Shown: one piece after another, positions 1 through 8,742 of the stretch
Layout: every line of letters starts with the position of its first letter
Position numbering within the stretch: the stretch's first letter is position 1
Source of the DNA: Candidatus Woesearchaeota archaeon
GTDB taxonomy: Archaea > Nanobdellota > Nanobdellia > SCGC-AAA011-G17 > GW2011-AR18
Direction: 5' to 3'
NCBI GenBank assembly: GCA_964344975.1
Contig: CAYFPK010000001.1
Coordinates: 15,485 to 79,484 of the forward strand
DNA length: 64,000 bases
The notes under the pieces: generated by a model
The model's input: the letters and a program-made list of their open reading frames with translations, nothing else
What the model was told of the DNA's origin: nothing
Databases searched by the model: none
Program-made: the position numbers and the translations under genes

Positions 1-328
1 AAATAACACTAGAGAGGCTAGAAAAAACCAACATAGAAAAATACCCTAGCAATACGCTTGTTGATTACTACGATATTATACACAAACTACTAGAGGCAAC
101 AACACTCCAAGAAGGAACAAAGATAAAAGGAGAGGGTGCACACAAAGAACTCATAGACTACTGCGCAAAAAAGATACCACTAACAGAACAAACTCGCCAA
201 TTCTTACAGAGATTACGAGATTACCGAAACAGGATAGCCTATGAAGGTTTTATGGTTCGAGCAGAATTTATTAAAACAAACAACAAAGAGATCAAGAAGA
301 TTATCAAAGAGATACTAGAAAAATGGTA
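1..328 (+). CDS. HEPN-domain protein, C-terminal part (the gene starts upstream of the window)
   Basis: Open frame from the window edge to TAA at 326-328. The C-terminus reads ...FLQRLRDYRNRIAYEGF..., an R-x-N-R-x-x-[HY] HEPN-like motif. The same motif type recurs in ORF 9270..9698 (RKIRNKINYYG). Confidence 0.45.
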
Positions 329-387
329 ACAAAGAGAACCATATGGTTTCCAAAAAGTTCAAATAGTCTTAAAAGGAAAAGAAAATA

Positions 388-1386
388 ATGAAAAAAATAC
401 AACAAACTGCAATCGTGGCAAGCGCAATTATCGCAGCAGCGCTAGTCTTCATTCTCCTAGGACAAGGAGCAAGTACAGGATTCGCAGTAGTAGACACACA
501 AGCACAACAAGCTTTACAGCAAATAGAACAAGATATTACAGAATTAGAGCAAGTAGGGCTAAGCACAGCATACGTAACAGACCTCTATGAAGAAGCACAA
601 AGAGCGTTCCAAGGAGAAGATCTACAATCACTACAAATACGGGCAAAGTTTCTCAACAAGACAGACCCACAAACCGCGCAAGAACTCTTTACGCTTGCAG
701 AAGAGTTAGCAAAAGGAGACAGTAAAGTTGGAGAAGACTACAACAAAGTTTTAGAGATCCAACAAGAGGTACGAGCACATAAAGAGCAAGCCTTAGCTCT
801 TTTTGACGAACTCCACCTTGCAAAGGCACAGATTGAGGCAGTAAACGATTCACAAGTAAACTTAAGCAACGTTTGGGACATCTACCTCACAGAAGAAGAA
901 AACTTTTACGGCGACCGGTTTGAGAACATTTCAGCCAACCTAGCAACAATTGAGGAAGAAATAATTCAAGCGCAACTAGAAGCCACACGTCTGCGAGTAT
1001 TGTACAAAGCCTCACAACGAACATTAAAGGCATTCATAGCAAGAAATTGGGCATTTATACTCTTAAGTCTTATAATTTTAGCAGCAGCAGCAGCAATCAT
1101 GAATAATGAATATATTATTAAAAAGCTAAAGAAAAAACAAAAAGAGAATCAACAAGAAGAGCGCATTCTACAAGAGCTACGCAAAAAAACACAAGAGGAG
1201 TACTACGGTAAAGGAACATTATCACGGAGAACCTATGAAGCAAGAAAAAAGAAGTACAAAGAACGTCAGCTACAAATAAAAGAGCAAGCACCAGTCATTG
1301 CAAGCAAGCTAGAAAAGAGAAGAACAAGTAGAAAATGGTACGCAAAAATAACAAAAAGCTTTATTAAACGAGAAAAAAAGAGCTAA
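388..1386 (+). CDS. hypothetical membrane-anchored coiled-coil protein
   Basis: N-terminal hydrophobic segment (IVASAIIAAALVFILLG), a long Q/E-rich coiled-coil region, a second TM (NWAFILLSLIILAAAAAIM) and a lysine-rich C-terminal tail. I recognise no catalytic motifs. Confidence 0.45.
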   Translation: MKKIQQTAIVASAIIAAALVFILLGQGASTGFAVVDTQAQQALQQIEQDITELEQVGLSTAYVTDLYEEAQRAFQGEDLQSLQIRAKFLNKTDPQTAQELFTLAEELAKGDSKVGEDYNKVLEIQQEVRAHKEQALALFDELHLAKAQIEAVNDSQVNLSNVWDIYLTEEENFYGDRFENISANLATIEEEIIQAQLEATRLRVLYKASQRTLKAFIARNWAFILLSLIILAAAAAIMNNEYIIKKLKKKQKENQQEERILQELRKKTQEEYYGKGTLSRRTYEARKKKYKERQLQIKEQAPVIASKLEKRRTSRKWYAKITKSFIKREKKS

Positions 1387-1389
1387 CAA

Positions 1390-2250
1390 ATGGTAAACAT
1401 CGCAGACATAACAAGCGAGATAAAAAAAGACCTCAAAAAGGGTGGAAAACTTGCCAAAGAACGCAAAAAACTAGTAAAAGCAGTCAACAAAGATAAAAAG
1501 AAAGGCAAAAAGTCGCGAGAATACATGTACACAGGCATTGAAGGATTCGATGCCCTTTTACACGACGGCATTCCAAAAAACGCAAGCATTGTAGTTGCAG
1601 GCGGTGCAGGTTCTGGCAAAACCATCATGTGCCTACAAATTATAAAAAATGCAATTGATGAGGGAAAACGCTGTTACTACATGAGTTTTGAAGAATCTCC
1701 AAAACACCTCAAAGAACATATGGAAGACTTTGGCTGGGACATAAAAAAAATAGAAAAAACAAAAAGGTTTTTAGTAGAACGAAAAAACCCGTATGAAATT
1801 ACTCGCTCTGTTGAAGCAATGCTTGAGGAAGCTAAGGGAGATCTGTTAATTAAGGTAGACCCATTTATTTTGCCAAAAAGTTTTAAACCAGACATTGTAG
1901 TCATTGATTCCCTAACAGCGATAGCATCTGCATTTGTCGGTAAAGAAGACTCATACAGGATTTACATTGAGCAATTATTTAGGTTCTTAGAAAAGATGGA
2001 TGCCACTTCATTTTTAATTTCAGAAACTGAACAAGTACCAAAAATATTTAGCACCACAGGCGTTGAAGAATTCTTAGCTGACGGAGTGGTAGTATTGTAT
2101 AGCCTCAAGAGAGGAAACATCAGAGAAAACGCAATTGAGGTTCTAAAACTACGTGGCGCCAAACATGAAAAAAAGATTGTGGCCATGCAAATCACTGAAG
2201 ACGGTGTCGTAATTTATCCTGAGCAGGAAGTCTTTGGCGGTATAGAATAA
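1390..2250 (+). CDS. KaiC/RadA-like RecA-superfamily ATPase
   Basis: Walker A VVAGGAGSGKT and Walker B-like hhhhD (PDIVVIDSLTAI). GIEGFDALLHDGIP is typical of archaeal KaiC-domain proteins. Lys-rich N-terminal extension. It could be FlaH-like, but no archaellum genes are nearby. Confidence 0.6.
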   Translation: MVNIADITSEIKKDLKKGGKLAKERKKLVKAVNKDKKKGKKSREYMYTGIEGFDALLHDGIPKNASIVVAGGAGSGKTIMCLQIIKNAIDEGKRCYYMSFEESPKHLKEHMEDFGWDIKKIEKTKRFLVERKNPYEITRSVEAMLEEAKGDLLIKVDPFILPKSFKPDIVVIDSLTAIASAFVGKEDSYRIYIEQLFRFLEKMDATSFLISETEQVPKIFSTTGVEEFLADGVVVLYSLKRGNIRENAIEVLKLRGAKHEKKIVAMQITEDGVVIYPEQEVFGGIE

Positions 2251-2400
2251 TTAAGATCTTCCTCTAAACAATAGTTTTCGCAAAATTTGCGAAAAAATCT
2301 CCAAAAATGCTTTAAAGAAAATAGAACCAGTCTCATCATGGAAGTATACAAAGAGCTTAGAAAAGAAAAACTTAAATACATACACATACATACACAGACC

Positions 2401-2631
2401 ATGGGAACAAAGACCATCTCAATCACAGAAGAAGCATATAGAATTTTACAATCCAAAAAAGAAAAAGAAGAAAGTTTCAGTAAAGTGATAGTTAGACTTT
2501 CAGGAAAGAAAAATCTAGCTTCTTTTTTTGGAGCATTAAGCGAAAAATCAGCTAAAGACCTCAAAAAAGAGGTAGAACTTGCAAGAAAAAGACATAAAAA
2601 AAGACACCTCAAAAGGATAAAAGAGCAATGA
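2401..2631 (+). CDS. VapB-type antitoxin (COG1753-like); longest-ORF start is 2287
   Basis: MGTKTISITEEAYRILQSKKEKEESFSKVI matches the small archaeal antitoxins paired with PIN toxins. Its stop overlaps the start of the PIN gene (ATGA at 2628-2631). The internal ATG at 2401 is the likelier start. Confidence 0.5.
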   Translation: MGTKTISITEEAYRILQSKKEKEESFSKVIVRLSGKKNLASFFGALSEKSAKDLKKEVELARKRHKKRHLKRIKEQ

Positions 2632-3023
2632 TTCTAGACACCTCATTTTTGATAGACCTTCTAAGAGGCAAGGATCAAAAAGTAAAACAAAAAGCAGAAG
2701 AATTAGATAGAGTCTTTACAACAAGAGAAGTCTCAGCCATAACAGTCATGGAGCTCTGGAGAGGCGCATGTAAAGCAGCAAAAACAAAAAAAGAAAAAGA
2801 AAAGGTAGATACCCTTTTACAATCTTTAGTAATTCATAATTTTAACCAAACAACAGCAAAATATGCTGCAGAAATAGAAGTAGACCTAGAAAAAAGAGGA
2901 GAAATGATTGATCTAGAAGATATCATGATAGCAGCAACAGCAAGAGCAACAAACAAAAAAATTCTAACAAGAAATAACAAACATTTCAAAAGAATACAAA
3001 ATATAACCATAGAAACATACTAA
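2628..3023 (+). CDS. vapC: PIN-domain toxin VapC
   Basis: MILDTSFLIDLL start with the conserved N-terminal Asp. ...ITVMEL... and ...IAATARATNKKILTRNNKHF are characteristic PIN acidic-residue positions. Start overlaps the antitoxin stop. Confidence 0.7.
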   Translation: MILDTSFLIDLLRGKDQKVKQKAEELDRVFTTREVSAITVMELWRGACKAAKTKKEKEKVDTLLQSLVIHNFNQTTAKYAAEIEVDLEKRGEMIDLEDIMIAATARATNKKILTRNNKHFKRIQNITIETY

Positions 3024-3026
3024 GTC

Positions 3027-3130
3027 TTTGGCGGCATTGTGCAAAACATTAACACGGCAGAATGTCTAGCACAAGCCATAAACAAAAACTACGAGTCGCT
3101 TAGGGTTGTAAGAAATTGGTTTAATTACTG
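3027..3130 (+). pseudogene. remnant of a geranylgeranyl reductase C-terminal region, paralogous to 13346..13440
   Basis: 3030..3085 is about 93% identical at nucleotide level to 13346..13401 of the intact reductase gene (ggcggcattgtgcaaaacattaac[a/g]cggcagaatgtctagcaca...). It translates to GGIVQNINTAECLAQAINKNYESL... versus GGIVQNINAAECLAQAIDQNKSYETL.... No start codon; ends in a poly-G tract. Confidence 0.55.
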
Positions 3131-3140
3131 GGGGGGGGGG
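3131..3140. repeat. G10 homopolymer tract
   Basis: Ten consecutive G on a plus strand that is otherwise markedly G-poor. It lies between the reductase remnant and the compositionally atypical Cache-HAMP gene block. Confidence 0.8.
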
Positions 3141-3182
3141 TCAATAATCTTTAAATAAGTAATTAATAATAATTCTTTAATA

Positions 3183-4349
3183 ATGAAACTAAGATTCCAA
3201 TTATTGATATTGCTATTGGTTGTATCCATTATTCACATTATTTCTTTCACTTATCTTTCTTACACTGATACGGTTGATATATTGTTAGATGACAGTATCG
3301 AGGATCTAGAACGAGGTGTTTTTTCTAAGACCAAGGATGTAAACTTTTTTCTTTCTGGTGCTCAAGATGAGGTTTTGTTTCTAAGCCAATCTCCAATTCT
3401 TAATAAATTGGTTAATTCCAAAGACGAAAGTGATAAAGAATCACTAAAAGCAGATTTGGAGAAAGAATTTCTTTCGTTTCTAAAGAATAAGGATAAATAC
3501 CTTCAAGTAAGATATATTGATGAAGATGGTCAGGAAACCGTACGTATTGATAGAGGTGGTGGAACACCACTTATTGTTGATGAAGGATTACAAAATAAAG
3601 GAGATAGGTACTATTTCACCGATTCAATTAGTCTTAAAGAAGGAGAGATTTTTATCTCCCCACTAGACCTTAATATAGAAGAAGGAGTTATAGAAAACAG
3701 AGGAACGGAGGAAGAACCAGCCTATGTTCCTGTTATAAGATATGCAACTCCCATTTTTGATAAAGCAGGGAAAAACAGAGGAATTGTCATCACTAATCTT
3801 CATGCAGATGAGATGTTAAGTAATTTACAAAAAGGAGTTGTTGGGGACTTATTTTTGTTGAATAAGGAAGGATTCTACTTAACCCATCCCGATTATTATA
3901 AACAGTGGGGGTTTATGTTTGATAACGATGAGAAATTACAAAAAGATCATCCAGTAATAGCAGACAAATTACTTACCTCCAGCAACTTTTTTGAGTCCGG
4001 AAAACTCGTTGTTGTTGAAAACATTGAAGTAAACGAAGAAACATCTTGGGTTTTAGCAAATATAATCTCCAAAGATATTATTATAAATCCTGTGAAAAAA
4101 TCTGCTACCAAACTAATATGGATTGCAACAGTGCTAGCTGTTCTGATAACTATACTATCTCTTTATCTATCCCACACATTAACAAAACCAATAGAACTGA
4201 TAGCAAAGTTAAGTAGAGGAGAAAAAGGAGTTGATATTAAGAAGTTTAAGAAGAAGAATGATGAAATTGGTGATATGGCAAGAGCATTTAGCAGGATGAG
4301 CGCTAGTATCAAGTTTTTATCACAAGATGAAAAGAGTAAGAAAAAATGA
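3183..4349 (+). CDS. Cache-like sensor / TM / HAMP protein with no methyl-accepting signalling domain
   Basis: N-terminal TM (LLILLLVVSIIHIISFTYL), a ~270 aa extracytoplasmic domain with a Cache-like pattern, a second TM (IWIATVLAVLITILSLYL), then a HAMP-like segment (TKPIELIAKLSRGEKGVDIKKF...IGDMARAFSRMSASIKFL). The ORF stops right after HAMP. TATA-like ctttaaataa at 3149-3158, 24 nt upstream of the ATG. Coding strand is T-rich, unlike other plus-strand genes. Confidence 0.5.
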   Translation: MKLRFQLLILLLVVSIIHIISFTYLSYTDTVDILLDDSIEDLERGVFSKTKDVNFFLSGAQDEVLFLSQSPILNKLVNSKDESDKESLKADLEKEFLSFLKNKDKYLQVRYIDEDGQETVRIDRGGGTPLIVDEGLQNKGDRYYFTDSISLKEGEIFISPLDLNIEEGVIENRGTEEEPAYVPVIRYATPIFDKAGKNRGIVITNLHADEMLSNLQKGVVGDLFLLNKEGFYLTHPDYYKQWGFMFDNDEKLQKDHPVIADKLLTSSNFFESGKLVVVENIEVNEETSWVLANIISKDIIINPVKKSATKLIWIATVLAVLITILSLYLSHTLTKPIELIAKLSRGEKGVDIKKFKKKNDEIGDMARAFSRMSASIKFLSQDEKSKKK

Positions 4350-4570
4350 CACTAAAAGATGAGATGATGAAAGTTGCAGTTGAATACATGGGACCAGCTG
4401 CAGAAAGGTTTATGAAAAGGCAGGTTAAGAGTCATTTAAACAAAACACTAACCACTATTTCTAAAGAAGATCTCCCTGAATTGGCGAAATGGATAGAAAT
4501 TTCTGCGGGTTTGCTTATAGATAAAGAAGAGGCAAAACAATTCAAACAAGAAATTAAAGCATTAGCATAG
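4346..4570 (+). CDS. hypothetical 74 aa protein
   Basis: Start overlaps the previous stop (ATGA at 4346-4349). No recognisable motif. Confidence 0.35.
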   Translation: MTLKDEMMKVAVEYMGPAAERFMKRQVKSHLNKTLTTISKEDLPELAKWIEISAGLLIDKEEAKQFKQEIKALA

Positions 4571-4748
4571 ATTTGTACCATCTGCGGATACGCCCCACCG
4601 ATTATACTTCTTTCAGTTAAGTATTCTCATTGATGTTCCAAGAAGGAAGGAGAATACTTTGCATTTAAAATACCTCCTTCAAACGAGCCGCACAAAAGCC
4701 AAAAAGCTTAAATAAGAAAAAAAACAGAAAAGAAAAAGAGGTGAAACC

Positions 4749-5048
4749 ATGACAATTATGGAAATTCTTCCAAACACAATAGCAGCACTAGCATCATTAA
4801 TAGCAAGCGTGCTTTTGATAAAATTAGCCCTAGCAATGAAAGGAGGCTCACTAAGCAGTGTAATGAATTATACCGTCATAGGAATCATCCTAGCAGTATG
4901 TCTACACGCGTTTTTTGAGTTAGCAGCACAAACAGGCCTAGTAAACGAAGCCATAGTATTCCCTGTTATGGGAACGTTACTAACAGTAGGGTCTTTAAGC
5001 TTCATAGTGGCAGGGTACAAAGGACTAAGAGTGTTTAAGGAAAAATGA
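4749..5048 (+). CDS. small membrane protein (2-3 TM)
   Basis: Three hydrophobic helices. SD-like aagaggtga 6 nt upstream of the ATG. Confidence 0.45.
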   Translation: MTIMEILPNTIAALASLIASVLLIKLALAMKGGSLSSVMNYTVIGIILAVCLHAFFELAAQTGLVNEAIVFPVMGTLLTVGSLSFIVAGYKGLRVFKEK

Positions 5049-5329
5049 CAAAAAAAGGGTACGAGGAGATCACACAAACCATTCTCAGTGAAAAGAGAGA
5101 AACGTTTGGAAATCTAGCGATAAAAGTAGCAAAAAGTGTAGATGGGCTACAAGTTAGCGAGCAGGGAAACCTCCAAGCAATCTCAGGCAATCCTAAAACC
5201 GTCTTAAACAAGTTACTAGATAGATTTGAGGAAATAGCAGGAAAACCATCCTCTACCGGCGCAAGATTAGCAATTGCAAAGATAAAAGCCAAGTACCCAA
5301 AACTAGACTTACCCAGAAGGTTGGCATAG
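5045..5329 (+). CDS. hypothetical protein
   Basis: ATGA overlap with the preceding gene at 5045-5048. No recognisable motif. Confidence 0.35.
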   Translation: MTKKGYEEITQTILSEKRETFGNLAIKVAKSVDGLQVSEQGNLQAISGNPKTVLNKLLDRFEEIAGKPSSTGARLAIAKIKAKYPKLDLPRRLA

Positions 5330-5569
5330 TTATTTCAACTTACGTAATTCTTTTTTCTTTTCTTTAAGAATTTTTGAAGCTTCATCAATTTGATTTTCAA
5401 GAACAGAGATATAATACTTCAAGTACTTCTTACGACTCATGGCTTCAACTGCATCCACGTCACACTCTAAAGCCCGATGTCGAGAAGAAGAAACAGACTT
5501 CTTACGAGAAACCTTCTTTTTCACCTTCGTACGTTTTTGAGCAGCTTTTTTCTTCCGCTTCAATACCAT
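5330..5569 (-). CDS. small basic coiled-coil protein
   Basis: 79 aa, Lys/Arg-rich N-terminus followed by a coiled-coil. No motif. Confidence 0.3.
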   Translation of the reverse strand: MVLKRKKKAAQKRTKVKKKVSRKKSVSSSRHRALECDVDAVEAMSRKKYLKYYISVLENQIDEASKILKEKKKELRKLK

Positions 5570-5600
5570 AAGGCAAAAAGGAGCTCAGGGCTATTTAAAG

Positions 5601-6134
5601 CTATTTATATTCAACAACAGAATCAACGAAAAGCCCAATTTCCTTAAGCAAACCTTTCTCAGTATCTCCTTGCAAGGCGGTAAAGACAACAGTCATATCT
5701 TGTTTTTTAAGTTTGTTCACCAGACTATGCACAAACTTACTCACGGCATCTTTTTGATTGTATATCAAAAGTGTAGACAAAGAATCAAAAATCAACCCTT
5801 TAAACTTCCCAGTTTTTAGTGCCTTGGTAATCACAATGGAGAGCTCAGTAAGAGCACCAGACGACTGCACAAACAAACAATTCTCCGCATCCTCTCGTGC
5901 TTGACCAGCTGATTTTGAAATCCCATCAATAAACAGAAATTTGTTCAAATCAATGTTAGATTTTTTAAAATCGCGACAAAGAGAATCATAGAGTTTATTC
6001 AAACTAACATACAATAGCGGCTCACAGGAAGAACAGAGCTGTTTTGAGATGGCAAGAATTTCTTTAGTATAAGCTTTATTAGAAACAACCAAAACAACAA
6101 TCTCTTCTTTAGCAACTACATCTTTCAAATTCAT
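5601..6134 (-). CDS. RecA/KaiC-like fold protein with degenerate P-loop
   Basis: Alternating beta-strand/helix pattern (VVLVVSN..., GLIFDSLSTLL, MTVVFTALQGD) but no GxxGxGK[ST]. Start ATGA-coupled to the CheC-like gene upstream on the same strand. Confidence 0.4.
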   Translation of the reverse strand: MNLKDVVAKEEIVVLVVSNKAYTKEILAISKQLCSSCEPLLYVSLNKLYDSLCRDFKKSNIDLNKFLFIDGISKSAGQAREDAENCLFVQSSGALTELSIVITKALKTGKFKGLIFDSLSTLLIYNQKDAVSKFVHSLVNKLKKQDMTVVFTALQGDTEKGLLKEIGLFVDSVVEYK

Positions 6135-6754
6135 TGTAATTTATGCTTTATAGCCTCAACAACTTTAGTTAACGATTCAATAGCAATAAGTAAAATAAAC
6201 TCACCCTCTACCTTCTGTCCAGGAACAGAAAAATGAGTCTTAAGCAAAATGGAATACTTTTCCTCAATACCAAGCAGTGCTAAATCAGCAAGAGATTCAC
6301 CAAACGTTGAGACAATACGTTCTTCAGAAGAGTTAATAGAAAGTTCCAAAAATTCAGTAAGAGAATGTACATAATTTTTAGTTAGCACATTACCCACCTC
6401 TTTTAAACGAATTTGATCCTCAGCACTCAGTACCTTTGTTGTTCCAGGTTTACGACCATTGACAAGATCTACCAAAAACAAGGCATTTTCGGTAGTATAG
6501 ACGATCAAAACGGTACCAGCAACATCACCGGTCAAAGAGGAATAGGTACCCACCACCATTTGCTGAGGACCACCAAGAACAGTAGGCAAATCCTTAACAG
6601 GCAACAAATAAATTTCAGGGGTAATAAGATTCACTTGTTGATCCAGCAAACGAGCAAGAGCCCCAGAAGCCTTACCCGCCCCAATGTTGGAAACTTCTTT
6701 TAAAGCATCTTGAAACTTATCCAGTTTAAAGCCTTTCAAAGCGAACCACCTCAC
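6131..6754 (-). CDS. cheC: CheC-family (CheC/CheX/FliY-like) chemotaxis phosphatase
   Basis: Two internally repeated segments carrying CheC signatures: ALKEVSNIGAGKASGALARLL and EDQIRLKEVGNVLTKNYVHSL (E...N motifs). Confidence 0.55.
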   Translation of the reverse strand: MRWFALKGFKLDKFQDALKEVSNIGAGKASGALARLLDQQVNLITPEIYLLPVKDLPTVLGGPQQMVVGTYSSLTGDVAGTVLIVYTTENALFLVDLVNGRKPGTTKVLSAEDQIRLKEVGNVLTKNYVHSLTEFLELSINSSEERIVSTFGESLADLALLGIEEKYSILLKTHFSVPGQKVEGEFILLIAIESLTKVVEAIKHKLQ

Positions 6755-6817
6755 TAAACATGATAAAACCTAAGGTGAAGTTCTCCTATTAAAGATTTAC
6801 GATTAAAAAAAAGAGGA

Positions 6818-7900
6818 ATGTTACCACTCAAAAAAACAACAAATAAACTAAGCAATATACTTAAAAAGACAAAACAAGAAGAACCACTCATGATTAAGGT
6901 ACTCATTGTTGACGATTCTATGTTCATGCGCAAAATGATTGCCGACATTTTGGAAGAAGATCATAGAATAAAAGTTATAGCAACAGCAAAAAATGGTTTT
7001 GAAGCGTTAGACAAGATCCAACAGTTAAAGCCTGATGTAGTTACACTTGACCTTGAAATGCCAAAAATATCTGGCCTTGACACATTATACGAAATAATGC
7101 GTACCAACCCCACGCCAACAGTCATAATTTCTGCATATTCTCCGATGGGATCAAAAGAAGCAATCCTTGCACTACAATACGGAGCAATTGACATAGTAGA
7201 AAAACCATCAGGCCCCATTTCTATGAACATCAGCACGATCAAAGAACAAATACTTGCCGCAGTAAAAGCTGCAGCAAACGCTAACCCACAGCAAGTGCAT
7301 AAATTTATCAAAAAAAAGATAGCAAGAAAAATAAAAGTAAAAAAAGAGATAATTCTCATTGCAGCATCGTCAGGGGGCCCACCAGCCATTGAAAGCATTT
7401 TAAAAACGTTTCCCAAACGATTTCCAATCCCCATCGTGATACTGCAACACATGCCAAGACATTTCACAAAAGCCTTTGCCGAACGCCTCAACCGTGTCTG
7501 CCATATAGCAGTAAAAGAAGCAGAGGACAACGAAAAACTCTGCAACGGCCAAGTATATATAGCCCCTGGTGGCAAGGATTTAACATTTGAAAAAAAAGTT
7601 ACCTCGGTCCGGATAAGGTTAACAGAGGCAAAGCAGCAGCTGACACCGAATATTGATACAACATTCAATTCAGCAGCACAAATATACAGAGAAAAAGTAC
7701 TTGCAATCATCCTCACTGGCATGGGTAGTGATGGAGCCCAAGGTGCACTACAACTAAAGAACAAAGGAGCACAAATACTCGCTCAAGATAAAAAAACAAG
7801 CACGGTGTTCGGTATGCCACAAGCAGTCGTCGCGTTAAACGCAGCTGACGAAGTAGTTTCTTTGCCAAACATGCCAGAAACAATGAATAAGTATTTATAA
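6818..7900 (+). CDS. cheB: chemotaxis response regulator protein-glutamate methylesterase CheB (receiver + methylesterase)
   Basis: Receiver domain (KVLIVDDSMFMRKMI...VVTLDLEMPKISGL). C-terminal methylesterase with the catalytic Ser in the AASSGGP context, plus ...HMPRHFTKAFAERL... and ...GMGSDGAQG.... The alternative ATG at 6890 (MIKVLIVDD) is a likelier true start. Confidence 0.75.
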   Translation: MLPLKKTTNKLSNILKKTKQEEPLMIKVLIVDDSMFMRKMIADILEEDHRIKVIATAKNGFEALDKIQQLKPDVVTLDLEMPKISGLDTLYEIMRTNPTPTVIISAYSPMGSKEAILALQYGAIDIVEKPSGPISMNISTIKEQILAAVKAAANANPQQVHKFIKKKIARKIKVKKEIILIAASSGGPPAIESILKTFPKRFPIPIVILQHMPRHFTKAFAERLNRVCHIAVKEAEDNEKLCNGQVYIAPGGKDLTFEKKVTSVRIRLTEAKQQLTPNIDTTFNSAAQIYREKVLAIILTGMGSDGAQGALQLKNKGAQILAQDKKTSTVFGMPQAVVALNAADEVVSLPNMPETMNKYL

Positions 7901-7922
7901 GAGAAAAGGAAGAAAAAGAAAG

Positions 7923-8609
7923 ATGGAAATAGCAAAACTGTACAAAAAAGAGTGTGCAAATTGTCTGCAAGTCATCAAGGTCACAGTAACAAAAATAAAG
8001 AACAAAAAAGGCAACAAGCAAACATTCGCGAACTTACGCAGAGCAGCACATACCTTAAAGAGTAGTTCTCTACAAATGCAATATTATAGCATGGGGTACC
8101 TCGCGCAACAGTTAGAGGATATCGCAAGATTATTGGCAGAAAAAAAGATAAAACCAACAAAAAAGATAGTTGCATTTCTCCACGATTTTTCAACAACGAT
8201 TGGGAAAGTAGAAAAAGCAATTCAAAGCAAAAAAACCCCTCAGATCAAGCCAGAACTCATCAAAAATTTAGACAGTATCCTTGGAAAAGCCCAAGAAAAG
8301 GGCTTCACAAAGGTTAAAAAGTTAAAAGAAACAGACGATTTAGAAAAAATTTACAAAGAAGAAACCAAAAAAGCAATTAACATGTTACTAACAGACATAG
8401 AAAGAGTAAAAAGAGAAAGCGACCTAGACCTCTTCATAGAAACAACCAACAAAGATTTAAAAAAAGAGATAGAAAGAATCGACGCAAAGATAAATTTAAA
8501 GATTGGCAAATACAACAAAGAAAACTTGGTAATAAAGGAAATAGAAAAAAACCATATTATCCTAAAAGGAGTAGATATATTTTATGAAAAAAATAAATTT
8601 TTTGACTAA
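7923..8609 (+). CDS. stand-alone HPt (CheA-P1-like histidine phosphotransfer) domain protein
   Basis: LRRAAHTLKSSSLQMQYYSMGYLAQQLEDIARLL matches the HPt/CheA-P1 phospho-histidine helix (aHtlKGss...G...lE). The rest is a K/E-rich coiled-coil. No kinase catalytic domain. Confidence 0.55.
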   Translation: MEIAKLYKKECANCLQVIKVTVTKIKNKKGNKQTFANLRRAAHTLKSSSLQMQYYSMGYLAQQLEDIARLLAEKKIKPTKKIVAFLHDFSTTIGKVEKAIQSKKTPQIKPELIKNLDSILGKAQEKGFTKVKKLKETDDLEKIYKEETKKAINMLLTDIERVKRESDLDLFIETTNKDLKKEIERIDAKINLKIGKYNKENLVIKEIEKNHIILKGVDIFYEKNKFFD

Positions 8610-8742
8610 AATCTATGCAAAATGCTCCAACAACACTAGACAAAATAAAGGCCTTAGAAAAAGTACCAAAAAACAGCTACAAGAGACCAAAGCGAAAACT
8701 ATTTAAACAAGTGTCCAATAAAATAGACAAAGAAACAAAAAA

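Noticed and set aside
1390-2250. Assigning the KaiC-like ATPase as archaellum FlaH
   Set aside because: It has both Walker A and Walker B-like motifs, and no flaI/flaJ or archaellin genes are in the window. Left as a generic KaiC/RadA-like ATPase.
3183-4349. Calling the Cache-HAMP protein a methyl-accepting chemotaxis protein (MCP)
   Set aside because: The ORF terminates immediately after the HAMP segment and the next ORF has no methyl-accepting signature, so no MCP signalling domain is present. Described as a sensor remnant or orphan instead.
6961-7764. 267 aa ORF on the minus strand inside cheB
   Set aside because: Entirely antisense to a well-supported CheB gene. Its Cys/Phe/Ser-rich low-complexity translation is typical of shadow ORFs in this skewed sequence.
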